Below, piece by piece: positions 6,369 through 14,174 of a stretch of 17,244 nucleotides of DNA. Below the pieces are notes generated by a model that had not been told where the DNA came from, did not search any database, and worked only from the letters and a program-made list of their open reading frames with translations. Every line of letters begins with the position of its first letter. Position 1 is the stretch's first letter. The position numbers and the translations under genes are program-made. The DNA is from an uncultured Thermotogaceae bacterium. GTDB taxonomy: Bacteria; Bipolaricaulota; Bipolaricaulia; Bipolaricaulales; Bipolaricaulaceae. The stretch is taken from assembly GCA_964436445.1 (NCBI GenBank), contig CAYTCK010000016.1:1-17244 (forward strand), written 5' to 3'.

Positions 6369-7565
6369 TTGACCGCCGAATCCCCTCGGGGGAAAGTAAT
6401 TGTGGCCAAGGGCAAGGAAGGGCCCCTGCGCCGCTTCCATCCCTGGGTCTACGCCGGATCCATTCAGCGGGTCCAGGGGAGCCCGGAGCCCGGGGATCTG
6501 GTGGATGTGGTGGATCAGCGGGGGAACTTCCTGGGCAGGGGTTATTACAATCCACACTCTCAGATCCGGGTGCGGATCCTCACCTTCATCGCCCGGCGGG
6601 TGGATGAGTCTTTCTGGGGAGAGCTTCTGGAGCGGGCTGTGGCCGGGAGGGAGCGTCTCCACGACCTGAGCGACGCCGTACGGCTGGTGAACGCCGAGTC
6701 CGACGGGATTCCCGGTCTCATCGTGGACCGCTACGGGGACTTCCTAGTGCTTCAGGCCCTCACCCTGGGGATCGAGCGTCGCAAGGAGCTCCTGGTCGGG
6801 CTTCTGGCGGAGATCCTCTCGCCGGCCGGGATCTACGAACGCTCCGATGTGGGTGTTCGGGCCCTGGAGGGGCTGGAGCCGGCTACGGGGACGCTTTTCG
6901 GCGAGGAACCACCACCGAAGCTCCGTATCCGGGAGGGAAAGGCCGCCTTCTACGTGGACATCCGCCATGGTCACAAGACCGGTTTCTACCTGGACCAGCG
7001 TCGCAACCGCCTCCTTGTTGGAGAGATCGCCCAGGGGCGGGAGGTACTCGACGTCTTCTGTTACACCGGGGCCTTCGGGGTGCATGCTGGCCTGGGGGGA
7101 GCCCGCTCCGTCCTCTTCGTGGAGGATTCCGCCAAACACCTGCGTTGGGCCCGGGACCACCTGGTCCTCAACGGCCTACGGGAGCTCCGTGCCGGCTTCA
7201 TCGCCGGGAACGCCTTCCGAGAGCTCAGGCGTCTGTACCGTGAACGCCGGCAGTTCGACCTGGTGATACTGGACCCGCCGAAGTTCGCCCGGAACGCCGC
7301 CGAGGTGGAGGACGCCCTGCGGGGTTATAAGGACGTCAACATCCTCGGGATGCGGCTTTTGCGCCCGGGGGGGTATCTTTTCACCTTCTCCTGCTCCGGC
7401 CACGTCGCCGAGGAGCAGTTCCTGCGAGCGGTGATGGCGGCCGGGGTCGATGTCCGCCGGGAAGCCAGGATCCTGCGTTGTCTCCACCAGGACGAGGACC
7501 ATCCCGTTGGCCTCTCTTTCCCGGAAGGTGCCTACCTCAAGGGGTTCCTGATACAGGTTTTCTGA
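6369..7565 (+). CDS. rlmI: Class I SAM-dependent rRNA (cytosine-C5) methyltransferase with an N-terminal PUA domain, RlmI-like
   Basis: KVIVAKGKEGPLRRFHPWVYAGSI matches the RlmI N-terminus. SAM-methyltransferase motifs are VLDVFCYTGAFGVHA and FDLVILDPPKFAR. The track ORF 6102..7565 begins far upstream inside the preceding gene. The real start is probably TTG 6369, 2 nt after the upstream TAG, or GTG 6402, which is preceded by GGGGGAAAG. Confidence 0.8.
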   Translation: MTAESPRGKVIVAKGKEGPLRRFHPWVYAGSIQRVQGSPEPGDLVDVVDQRGNFLGRGYYNPHSQIRVRILTFIARRVDESFWGELLERAVAGRERLHDLSDAVRLVNAESDGIPGLIVDRYGDFLVLQALTLGIERRKELLVGLLAEILSPAGIYERSDVGVRALEGLEPATGTLFGEEPPPKLRIREGKAAFYVDIRHGHKTGFYLDQRRNRLLVGEIAQGREVLDVFCYTGAFGVHAGLGGARSVLFVEDSAKHLRWARDHLVLNGLRELRAGFIAGNAFRELRRLYRERRQFDLVILDPPKFARNAAEVEDALRGYKDVNILGMRLLRPGGYLFTFSCSGHVAEEQFLRAVMAAGVDVRREARILRCLHQDEDHPVGLSFPEGAYLKGFLIQVF

Positions 7566-7605
7566 TCCTTGCGGGCCGGGGATCCCCGATGGTACCCTGT
7601 GGGGC

Positions 7606-8694
7606 ATGACGGAAGCGTTGGAGAAGATCCTGAAGCTCCTGGAGAGGAAGGAAGCAGAGCTTGCGGAGCTCGAACGCAAGCTCGCCGATCCCGCTCTGGC
7701 CGGAACCCCTGAGTTCGCCGAGCTCTCCCGCCGTTACGGGGAGCTTTTGGAGCTCGTGCGCAAGGGGAGGGAGTTGCGCCGGCTCGCCCAGGAGGTGGCC
7801 GAGGAGCGGGAGCTCCTGGAGACGGGCGAGGATCAGGCCCTACAGGAGGAGCTCCGGGCCGCGCTTGCCCAGGACGAGGAGAGACTTCAGCGCCTCCTGA
7901 AGGAGATCACGGGGATGCTCCTTCCCAGACGGCTTGAGGACGATAAAAACGCCATCGTGGAGATCCGGGCTGGGGCCGGCGGGGAGGAGGCGGCCCTGTT
8001 CGCCGCGGATCTCTTTCGGATGTACGTCCGCTACGCTGAGCGCAAGGGCTGGAAGGTCAAGGTCCTGGATTCCCATCCCACGGATCTCGGGGGGTACAAG
8101 CAGATCACCTTCGTGGTGGAGGGAAAGGGGGCCTACGGGAGGCTTCGGTATGAATCCGGCGTGCACCGGGTGCAGCGGGTGCCGGTCACCGAATCCTCCG
8201 GTAGGATCCATACCTCCACCGCCACGGTGGCGGTGCTCCCGGAGATGGGGGAGGTGGAGGTGGAAATCCGGCCCGAAGACCTCCGGATCGAGACCTTCCG
8301 GGCAGGGGGGCCAGGCGGACAGCACATGCAGAAGAACGAGACGGCGGTCCGCATCACCCATATCCCCACCGGGATCACCGTCTCCTGCCAGGACGAACGT
8401 TCCCAGTACCAGAACAAAGTCCAAGCTCTCAGGATCCTCAGGGCCCGGCTGTGGGAGATCCGGGAGAGGGAACGCCAGCGGGAGCTCCAGGAGAAACGCC
8501 GGCGCCAAATCGGGTCCGGGGATCGCTCGGAGAAGATCCGCACTTACAACTTCCCCCAGAACCGGGTCACGGACCACCGCATCAACTTCACCACCTACAG
8601 GCTACAGGAGGTCCTGGACGGTGATTTGGACATCCTTACTGAACCCCTGTTCGCCGCAGAGCTCGCGGCCTTCCTGGAGGGCACCCCGGTCTGA
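7606..8694 (+). CDS. prfA: Peptide chain release factor 1
   Basis: 362 aa. The RF1-specific PVT tripeptide (RVPVTESSGRIHTS) and the GGQ motif (RAGGPGGQHMQKNETAVRITHIPTGI) are present. There is no internal frameshift, unlike RF2. Confidence 0.95.
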   Translation: MTEALEKILKLLERKEAELAELERKLADPALAGTPEFAELSRRYGELLELVRKGRELRRLAQEVAEERELLETGEDQALQEELRAALAQDEERLQRLLKEITGMLLPRRLEDDKNAIVEIRAGAGGEEAALFAADLFRMYVRYAERKGWKVKVLDSHPTDLGGYKQITFVVEGKGAYGRLRYESGVHRVQRVPVTESSGRIHTSTATVAVLPEMGEVEVEIRPEDLRIETFRAGGPGGQHMQKNETAVRITHIPTGITVSCQDERSQYQNKVQALRILRARLWEIRERERQRELQEKRRRQIGSGDRSEKIRTYNFPQNRVTDHRINFTTYRLQEVLDGDLDILTEPLFAAELAAFLEGTPV

Positions 8695-8695
8695 G

Positions 8696-9271
8696 CTAGC
8701 CGGGGTTGAAGAGGGCCCGGGCCCGCCAGAAGTATTCCCCCCCGGAGGCCAAGGCCAGGGCCAGGGCCAGGTAGAGGAAGGCCTGACGCAGAGCGATCCC
8801 CCCGGGGCCCAAGCCGAAATACCTCTCCCCCAATACCACCAACACTAGGGCCACCTGGGAGACGGTCTTGGCCTTCCCCAGATGGGAGGCCGGGATGACC
8901 ATCCCCTCCCCCACCGCCAGGATCCGCAACCCCGTCACCAGGAACTCCCGGGCCAGGATGACGATCACCGGCACCGCCGGCAGATCGCCGAAGCCCACCA
9001 ACGGGACCAAGGCCGACATAACCAGGATTTTGTCCGCCACTGGGTCCATGAACTGGCCGAAACGGGTGGTCTGCCGTCGGCTTCGGGCGATGTATCCATC
9101 CACGGCATCGGTGAAGGCGGCCAGCGAGAAGATCCCCAGGGCCAGGACCTCGAAGACAGGGAGCTGGGAGTAGAGGAAGTAGAGGAACACAGGGATCAAA
9201 AGCAGCCTCCCCAGCGTGAGCCCGTTGGGGATGTTCCAGACAGAGCTGCCTGCCATCCGCTCCTGGGCCAT
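8696..9271 (-). CDS. pgsA: CDP-diacylglycerol--glycerol-3-phosphate 3-phosphatidyltransferase (CDP-alcohol phosphatidyltransferase family)
   Basis: 191 aa. The CDP-OH phosphatidyltransferase signature D-x2-DG-x2-AR-x8-G-x3-D-x3-D is seen as DAVDGYIARSRRQTTRFGQFMDPVADK. The protein is multi-TM. It converges on prfA with a 1-nt gap between the stops. Confidence 0.9.
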   Translation of the reverse strand: MAQERMAGSSVWNIPNGLTLGRLLLIPVFLYFLYSQLPVFEVLALGIFSLAAFTDAVDGYIARSRRQTTRFGQFMDPVADKILVMSALVPLVGFGDLPAVPVIVILAREFLVTGLRILAVGEGMVIPASHLGKAKTVSQVALVLVVLGERYFGLGPGGIALRQAFLYLALALALASGGEYFWRARALFNPG

Positions 9272-9294
9272 CCCTCGAGTTTAACCGGAAAAGC

Positions 9295-10047
9295 TCAGAG
9301 GGCGGAAGAGGCTATTCCCCAAAAAGACACCGGATCCAAGGAGGCGCCCCCCACCAAGGCACCGTCGATATCGGGAAGGCGGAGGAAGTCCCCGGCGTTA
9401 TCCGGCTTCACCGAGCCGCCGTATTGGATCCTGATCTCCTGGGCCACATCCCCGTAGCGTTCTCGGAGCCAACCCCGGATGTGGGCGGCCATCGCCTGGG
9501 CATCCTCGGGATGGGCGGGAACCCCTGTCCCAATGGCCCACACCGGCTCGTAGGCGATCACCACCTCCCGGGCCTTGTCCGGAGAGATACCTCCCAGGGC
9601 AAGGGAGAGCTGGCGCTCCACAACCTCCTTGGCCCTTCCAGCCCGCCGCTCCTCCAGCGTCTCCCCCACACAGAGGATTGGCCTCACCCCGGCGTCCAGG
9701 GCGGCCTGGAGCTTTGCGGCAATGAAATCGTCGGTCTCCCCGAAGAGACGCCGGCGTTCGGAGTGGCCCACGATCACGTAGGAGATCCCGTACTCGAGGA
9801 GCATGGGGAGGGAAACCTCGCCGGTGAAGGCCCCCTCGGGCTCGGGGTGTACGTTCTGGGCTCCCCACTTGATCCTGGTCCCCGCGAGTTCATCCCGCAC
9901 CGCTCCCAGGGCGGTGAAGGGGGGGAAGATCACGAGTTCCACCCCGGGATCCTTGGGGACCAGCTCCCGCAGACGGCGACAGTAGTCCGCCGCCTCCTGG
10001 GAGGTCTTGTGCATCTTCCAGTTCGCGGCCACGATGGGGATACGCAC
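9295..10047 (-). CDS. tpiA: Triosephosphate isomerase
   Basis: 250 aa. Motifs are IVAANWKMH, VIVGHSERR and AYEPVWAIGTG. It starts at GTG 10047, preceded by a strong SD whose reverse complement is GAAAGGAGGAGAT. Confidence 0.95.
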   Translation of the reverse strand: MRIPIVAANWKMHKTSQEAADYCRRLRELVPKDPGVELVIFPPFTALGAVRDELAGTRIKWGAQNVHPEPEGAFTGEVSLPMLLEYGISYVIVGHSERRRLFGETDDFIAAKLQAALDAGVRPILCVGETLEERRAGRAKEVVERQLSLALGGISPDKAREVVIAYEPVWAIGTGVPAHPEDAQAMAAHIRGWLRERYGDVAQEIRIQYGGSVKPDNAGDFLRLPDIDGALVGGASLDPVSFWGIASSAL

Positions 10048-10062
10048 ATCTCCTCCTTTCTA

Positions 10063-10092
10063 TTGACCCCAGCTGCGCACGGGCCTTATGAT
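10063..10092 (+). promoter_or_regulatory. Sigma70-like promoter: TTGACC (10063-10068), an 18-nt spacer, then TATGAT (10087-10092). The predicted TSS at about 10099-10100 falls immediately before the ATG at 10101, giving a leaderless mRNA.
   Basis: Hexamers and spacing were read directly from the sequence. The elements sit in the tpiA/SPFH divergent region. Confidence 0.45.
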
Positions 10093-10100
10093 AACCTCCG

Positions 10101-10985
10101 ATGGGGAGGAAAGCGGCCCGTAGAGGAGATGGGTGGTGGTTTTCCGTTCTTTTGTGGATTTTAATCTCCTTCTTGGGCATGCTGGCCTCCGACGTCCCGT
10201 GGGGGAAGCTCAAGGGGGTGTTGTTCATGTTGGCACCGATACTCGTGATCATCGTGGTGGTGATCCTCTTTCTGGGGAGCGCCATCAAGATCGTGAGGGA
10301 ATACGAGCGGGGGGTGATCTTCCGCCTGGGGAGGCTCGTCGGCGCGAAAGGTCCTGGGCTTTTCTTCATCATCCCCATCGTGGACAAGATGGTGAAGGTG
10401 GATCTCAGGACCGTCACCCTGGATGTGCCGCCCCAGGAGGTGATCACCCGAGACAACGTCCCGGTGCACGTGAACGCTGTGGTCTACTTCCGGGTGGTGA
10501 ACCCCACAGACGCGGTGGTGCAGGTGCTCGATTACATCGAGGCCACCCGCCAGATCTCCATGACCACCCTTCGTTCGGTCCTGGGCAGGGTGGAGCTGGA
10601 CGAGATCCTCTCGGAGCGGGAGAAGCTCAACCAGGAGCTCCAGAAGATCATCGATGAGCACACTGACCCCTGGGGGATCAAGGTGATCACCGTGGAGATA
10701 AAGGACGTGAAGATCCCCCAGGACATGCAGCGGGCCATCGCCCGCCAGGCCGAGGCAGAGCGGGAACGGCGTTCCAAGATCATCAACGCCGAAGGGGAAC
10801 TTCAGGCCGCGGAGAAGCTCCGTCAGGCGGCATCGATCATGCAGCAATCGCCCGGAGCCCTGCAGCTTCGGTATCTGCAGACCCTCTCGGAGATCGCCTC
10901 TGAGAACGCTACCACCGTGGTCTTCCCCGTACCCATCGATCTCTTGGAGGCCCTCATGGGACGCAGGGACGAGGGCAGGGGTTGA
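10101..10985 (+). CDS. SPFH/band-7 (stomatin/prohibitin-like) membrane protein
   Basis: The SPFH core is [18 protein letters not shown]...[35 protein letters not shown]...[27 protein letters not shown]. There are N-terminal TM segments. The start is ambiguous. ATG 10101 is the leaderless start predicted from the upstream promoter and adds a second TM. ATG 10227 is preceded by the SD AAGGGGGTG and gives the classic single-hairpin N-terminus [17 protein letters not shown]. Confidence 0.85.
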   Translation: MGRKAARRGDGWWFSVLLWILISFLGMLASDVPWGKLKGVLFMLAPILVIIVVVILFLGSAIKIVREYERGVIFRLGRLVGAKGPGLFFIIPIVDKMVKVDLRTVTLDVPPQEVITRDNVPVHVNAVVYFRVVNPTDAVVQVLDYIEATRQISMTTLRSVLGRVELDEILSEREKLNQELQKIIDEHTDPWGIKVITVEIKDVKIPQDMQRAIARQAEAERERRSKIINAEGELQAAEKLRQAASIMQQSPGALQLRYLQTLSEIASENATTVVFPVPIDLLEALMGRRDEGRG

Positions 10986-11731
10986 GGTTCTGTTCCTTGG
11001 GAAGCGGTTCCACCGGGAACGCCCACCTGGTGGAGGGCCCCCGGGGGTATGTCCTGGTGGACGCTGGGTTCTCCTGGCGGGGAGTGAGGTCCCGGGCACG
11101 GAAGGCCGGGATCGCCCTCGATTCGGTGGAAGCGGTGATCCTCACCCACGAGCACACCGACCACGTCCGGGGGCTGGGCACCCTGGTGCGCCGGGGGGTG
11201 CCGGTCTACGGGAGCCGAGGGACTTTGGCCGCCCTGGGGCTCAAAGGCCCCAAGGTCCACCCTCTGGACGGGGAGACGGAGATCGCCGGGCTGCGGGTGA
11301 GGTCCTTCCCCCTGCCCCACGACGCTTCCGACCCCCGGGGCCTATGTATCTCCGATGGGGAAGGGGCGGTGGGCATCGTCACCGATCTGGGGAGTATCAC
11401 CGATGCCGTCCTTTCGGGGCTGCGGGGCTGTGGTGTCCTCCTCTTCGAGGCGAACCACGACCCGGAGCTCCTCCTCGCGGGCCGTTATCCCTGGCACCTG
11501 AAGCTCCGGATCATGGGGCCTTTGGGGCATCTTTCCAACGGGGAGGCCGGACGGGCTTTGGCCCTTCTCGCCTCCCGGGGAGTGCGCGCTGTCCTCCTGG
11601 CACATATCTCCCGGGAGAACAATCGCCCAGGGCTCGCCCTGGAAACGGTGGCCCGCCATCTCCGGGACTGGGACGGATCCCTCTATCTCACCTATCCCGA
11701 TCGCCCCAGCGCCGTGGTCGAGGATGGCTGA
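10982..11731 (+). CDS. MBL-fold metallo-hydrolase (YycJ/WalJ-like beta-lactamase superfamily)
   Basis: 249 aa. It starts at TTG 10982 and overlaps the SPFH stop (TTGA). The metallo-beta-lactamase motif is [10 protein letters not shown] (HxHxDH). The N-terminus [13 protein letters not shown] is typical of the YycJ/PhnP-like subgroup. Confidence 0.8.
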   Translation: MRFCSLGSGSTGNAHLVEGPRGYVLVDAGFSWRGVRSRARKAGIALDSVEAVILTHEHTDHVRGLGTLVRRGVPVYGSRGTLAALGLKGPKVHPLDGETEIAGLRVRSFPLPHDASDPRGLCISDGEGAVGIVTDLGSITDAVLSGLRGCGVLLFEANHDPELLLAGRYPWHLKLRIMGPLGHLSNGEAGRALALLASRGVRAVLLAHISRENNRPGLALETVARHLRDWDGSLYLTYPDRPSAVVEDG

Positions 11732-11766
11732 GTCCCGGAGGTAATGGATATCACAGATCCCAACGG

Positions 11767-11792
11767 TTGTTTACCGCGGGGAAGGTTATAAT
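11767..11792 (+). promoter_or_regulatory. Putative promoter: a perfect -10 TATAAT (11787-11792) with a -35-like TTGTTT (11767-11772) at a suboptimal 14-nt spacing. The strong SD AAGGAGGT (11802-11809) lies 5 nt before the ATG at 11814.
   Basis: Read from the sequence. This is the only relatively AT-rich intergenic stretch in the window. Confidence 0.35.
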
Positions 11793-11813
11793 CCTTTTGC
11801 GAAGGAGGTAAGG

Positions 11814-13136
11814 ATGAAAAAGTTTTTCGGTGTGGGTCTTTTGATTGCGGCGCTGGCGGTGCCCGCCCTGGCGGCATCCCTGGAATTCCGTCTTTCCCCT
11901 CAGGGGCAGGCCACGGACAAGCTGCCCATAAAGTCCGTCTTCTACGTGGTCCTGGTGGGCACCGAGGATGGGGTCCAACCTTCCCTTTTCATCTGGAATC
12001 TCCAGAAAAACTGGAGCTCCACCGTGGTCGGGCCCAAACGTGTAGGGGACGCCCTTGTCTGGGGGCCGATACAGCTCAAGCGGGAATGCGACGAGGTGCG
12101 TGAGGGGGTCGCTGAGGTGATCACAGCCGACATCGGCGACATGCTGGTGGCCGCAGTGGACCTCCAGGGGAAGAGGGCCGAAGCCCCCCAAAAGCCGGAG
12201 CTCTTGCCCCCGGGACCCAGCGCCACCGTCCGCGTGGGATTCCCCGCTCCCCAGGAAAGGGGTCTCTCCGTCCTCCGAGATGGGAAATCAGTGGAGGAGC
12301 TCCGGAAGGGGGTGTACCGGGTGGAGCTTGTGGCACCGGATCTCGACAGGTACTGCACGGTGGAGAAGGTGAGCCTCATCCTCCGGGGCCCACAGGGGAA
12401 GACGGCCCAGATCCCCTTGGAGGAGACAGGACCCGCCACCGGGGTCTTCGCCGGCGAGCTCGAGGTGAGATACGCGGTGGAGGATTGTACCCTGAAGGCG
12501 TCCGTGGGTCCCATCTCCCTGCAACCTGGACAAAGCGTTGTTCTCCGGGCGGCTTCCCGGGAGCTCGAGCTCGCGGTCGCGGCGCTTCCGGTATCCCTCA
12601 AGGCCACGCTGGGAGAGGGGAAGGCCGTTGGGATAGTGGATGTGGGGCAGCGTTTTTCGGTTTCCATCACCCCAGCCGATTACGACGAGGTCCGCTGGTG
12701 CCTCGATGGAAAGGGAGTCGCCGGGAATACCTTCTCCCTGGAGGAGCCGGGGAGGCATACCCTGGTGGCCTTCGTCCGCAAGGGTGATGTTTGGGGCCAA
12801 GGCTCGCTCTCCCTGGAGGCCATCCCGGGGACTGTGATCGCGCCGGTGGGCCGTGAAGCCGCCACCATCGAGGCCCTGGGGTACGCACTGGTACAGGCCT
12901 CGGCCGAGGAGAAGCTCTGTTTCACCTTGGAGAACGCTGCCGACGATCCCCATCCGGTGGTCTACGTGGGCAAGTTGGGAAAGGGCTGCCCCAATGAGGT
13001 GAAGGTCGGCCCGGACGGCCGTTTTCAGATCGATCTCCGGGACCTCGGGGTCCAGGCAGGGGATACCCTTTGGATCTACTACGAGGATCCCGATTTCGCC
13101 GCCGACCATACCCTGGTCCTGGTGCAGGTGAAATGA
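11814..13136 (+). CDS. Secreted hypothetical protein (Sec signal peptide, 440 aa)
   Basis: Textbook signal peptide MKKFFGVGLLIAALAVPALAAS. The SD is strong and the composition is balanced. I recognise no family. Its stop overlaps the next start (ATGA at 13133-13136). Confidence 0.7.
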   Translation: MKKFFGVGLLIAALAVPALAASLEFRLSPQGQATDKLPIKSVFYVVLVGTEDGVQPSLFIWNLQKNWSSTVVGPKRVGDALVWGPIQLKRECDEVREGVAEVITADIGDMLVAAVDLQGKRAEAPQKPELLPPGPSATVRVGFPAPQERGLSVLRDGKSVEELRKGVYRVELVAPDLDRYCTVEKVSLILRGPQGKTAQIPLEETGPATGVFAGELEVRYAVEDCTLKASVGPISLQPGQSVVLRAASRELELAVAALPVSLKATLGEGKAVGIVDVGQRFSVSITPADYDEVRWCLDGKGVAGNTFSLEEPGRHTLVAFVRKGDVWGQGSLSLEAIPGTVIAPVGREAATIEALGYALVQASAEEKLCFTLENAADDPHPVVYVGKLGKGCPNEVKVGPDGRFQIDLRDLGVQAGDTLWIYYEDPDFAADHTLVLVQVK

Positions 13137-14131
13137 GGGGTTTCAAGGGGCTTCTTCTCCTTCCCCTGGTGGGGATGGTGGCCTTGGGGGCGGTGAGGCT
13201 TCCCTCGCCGCCCCTCCTCTTCCCCTCCGAGCCACTGGTGATCACCCTCCCAGGCGGGCCCCCACAGGTCTTCCACGGCCGGCAGCCCTTCCCCCTGAGC
13301 TGGCGGGGGACGCCGACGTCCCAGGGGACCGAATGGCGGGGGGTGTTCCCCGAGGATGCCCCCTTAGGACTTTGGACCCTGAGGTGGGACGGTGGGTGCT
13401 ATTCCTTCCTGCGGGTGCCAGCGGGTAGCTCCATCCTTGTCGTGAAGGGCGTGCCGGGGACATCCTGTGGGCTCGATGGCGAGGAGAGGATCTGTGGGGA
13501 GAGTGGGCTCGCTTGGTTCGTCGCCTCCCCGGGAACGCATGTCCTGGAGGGGCATCTCGGCCGTCTCTCCTTCCGGAGGGAAGTGGAACTTAGGGCCGGG
13601 GAGCGGCGGGAGGTCGCCCTGGCCTGGGTGGAGCTCGTACCCACGGCCCCTGCGGCCCTACCGGGGAGGGATTTCTTGGTAAGCCTCAGGATCCTCTCCC
13701 CCGTAGATCTTCCCACCTTCACCGTGAAGGCCTCCCTTCCTCCCGGCTGGAGCTACCGTATCCGGGGCCCTTGCGCCGAGGATCTCCCCTGTCCCCAGCC
13801 CATCTTCGCCGGTGTGCCCCGTGAGGTCCCCGTGATCCTTTCCGTGCCAGCTGGGGCAATGGGGGACTACCGGTTATCCTTCACCTTTCCGGAACTGAAC
13901 TCAACGCGGGAACTCCACCTTTCGGTGAGGAAGTGCCTCGATCCCCTGGATGTCGTGCGCCACTGGGATGTGGAGGCCGGCGATGTGGATCTCTCCCGCC
14001 CCGGGGAGGTCACCTACCAGCGGCTCCTCTGGGCCATCTCCCAACGTGGAAAGGTCATTCCCTATGCCTGTCGCCCCCTGGGAGACGAGGATATAAAGGA
14101 ACTCAGCCGGGAATGGCAGCGAGAGCAATAG
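13133..14131 (+). CDS. Secreted hypothetical protein (signal peptide, about 332 aa, 7 Cys)
   Basis: The track ORF starts at 13070. The in-frame ATG at 13133 overlaps the upstream stop, suggesting translational coupling, and gives MRGFKGLLLLPLVGMVALGAV, which looks like a signal peptide. I recognise no family. Confidence 0.65.
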   Translation: MRGFKGLLLLPLVGMVALGAVRLPSPPLLFPSEPLVITLPGGPPQVFHGRQPFPLSWRGTPTSQGTEWRGVFPEDAPLGLWTLRWDGGCYSFLRVPAGSSILVVKGVPGTSCGLDGEERICGESGLAWFVASPGTHVLEGHLGRLSFRREVELRAGERREVALAWVELVPTAPAALPGRDFLVSLRILSPVDLPTFTVKASLPPGWSYRIRGPCAEDLPCPQPIFAGVPREVPVILSVPAGAMGDYRLSFTFPELNSTRELHLSVRKCLDPLDVVRHWDVEAGDVDLSRPGEVTYQRLLWAISQRGKVIPYACRPLGDEDIKELSREWQREQ

Positions 14132-14174
14132 GGGCTTTGGCCTTCGTCCCGGCTTCTGCTAAGCTCTCCCCGTC

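Noticed and set aside
7568-7590. GATCC...GGATC inverted repeat upstream of prfA
   Set aside because: It has only a 5-bp stem and a 12-nt loop, with no U-tract. It is too weak to call a terminator or attenuator.
8751-8768. Tandem GCCAGG x3 repeat
   Set aside because: It lies inside pgsA and simply encodes the LALALA segment of a TM helix. It is not a regulatory or CRISPR-like repeat.
10161-11099. 312-aa minus-strand ORF
   Set aside because: It is antisense to the SPFH gene. It is His/Gly/Asp/Pro-rich junk.
12288-13109. 273-aa minus-strand ORF
   Set aside because: It is antisense to the secreted-protein gene. The plus-strand product has a signal peptide and balanced composition, and the minus-strand product does not.
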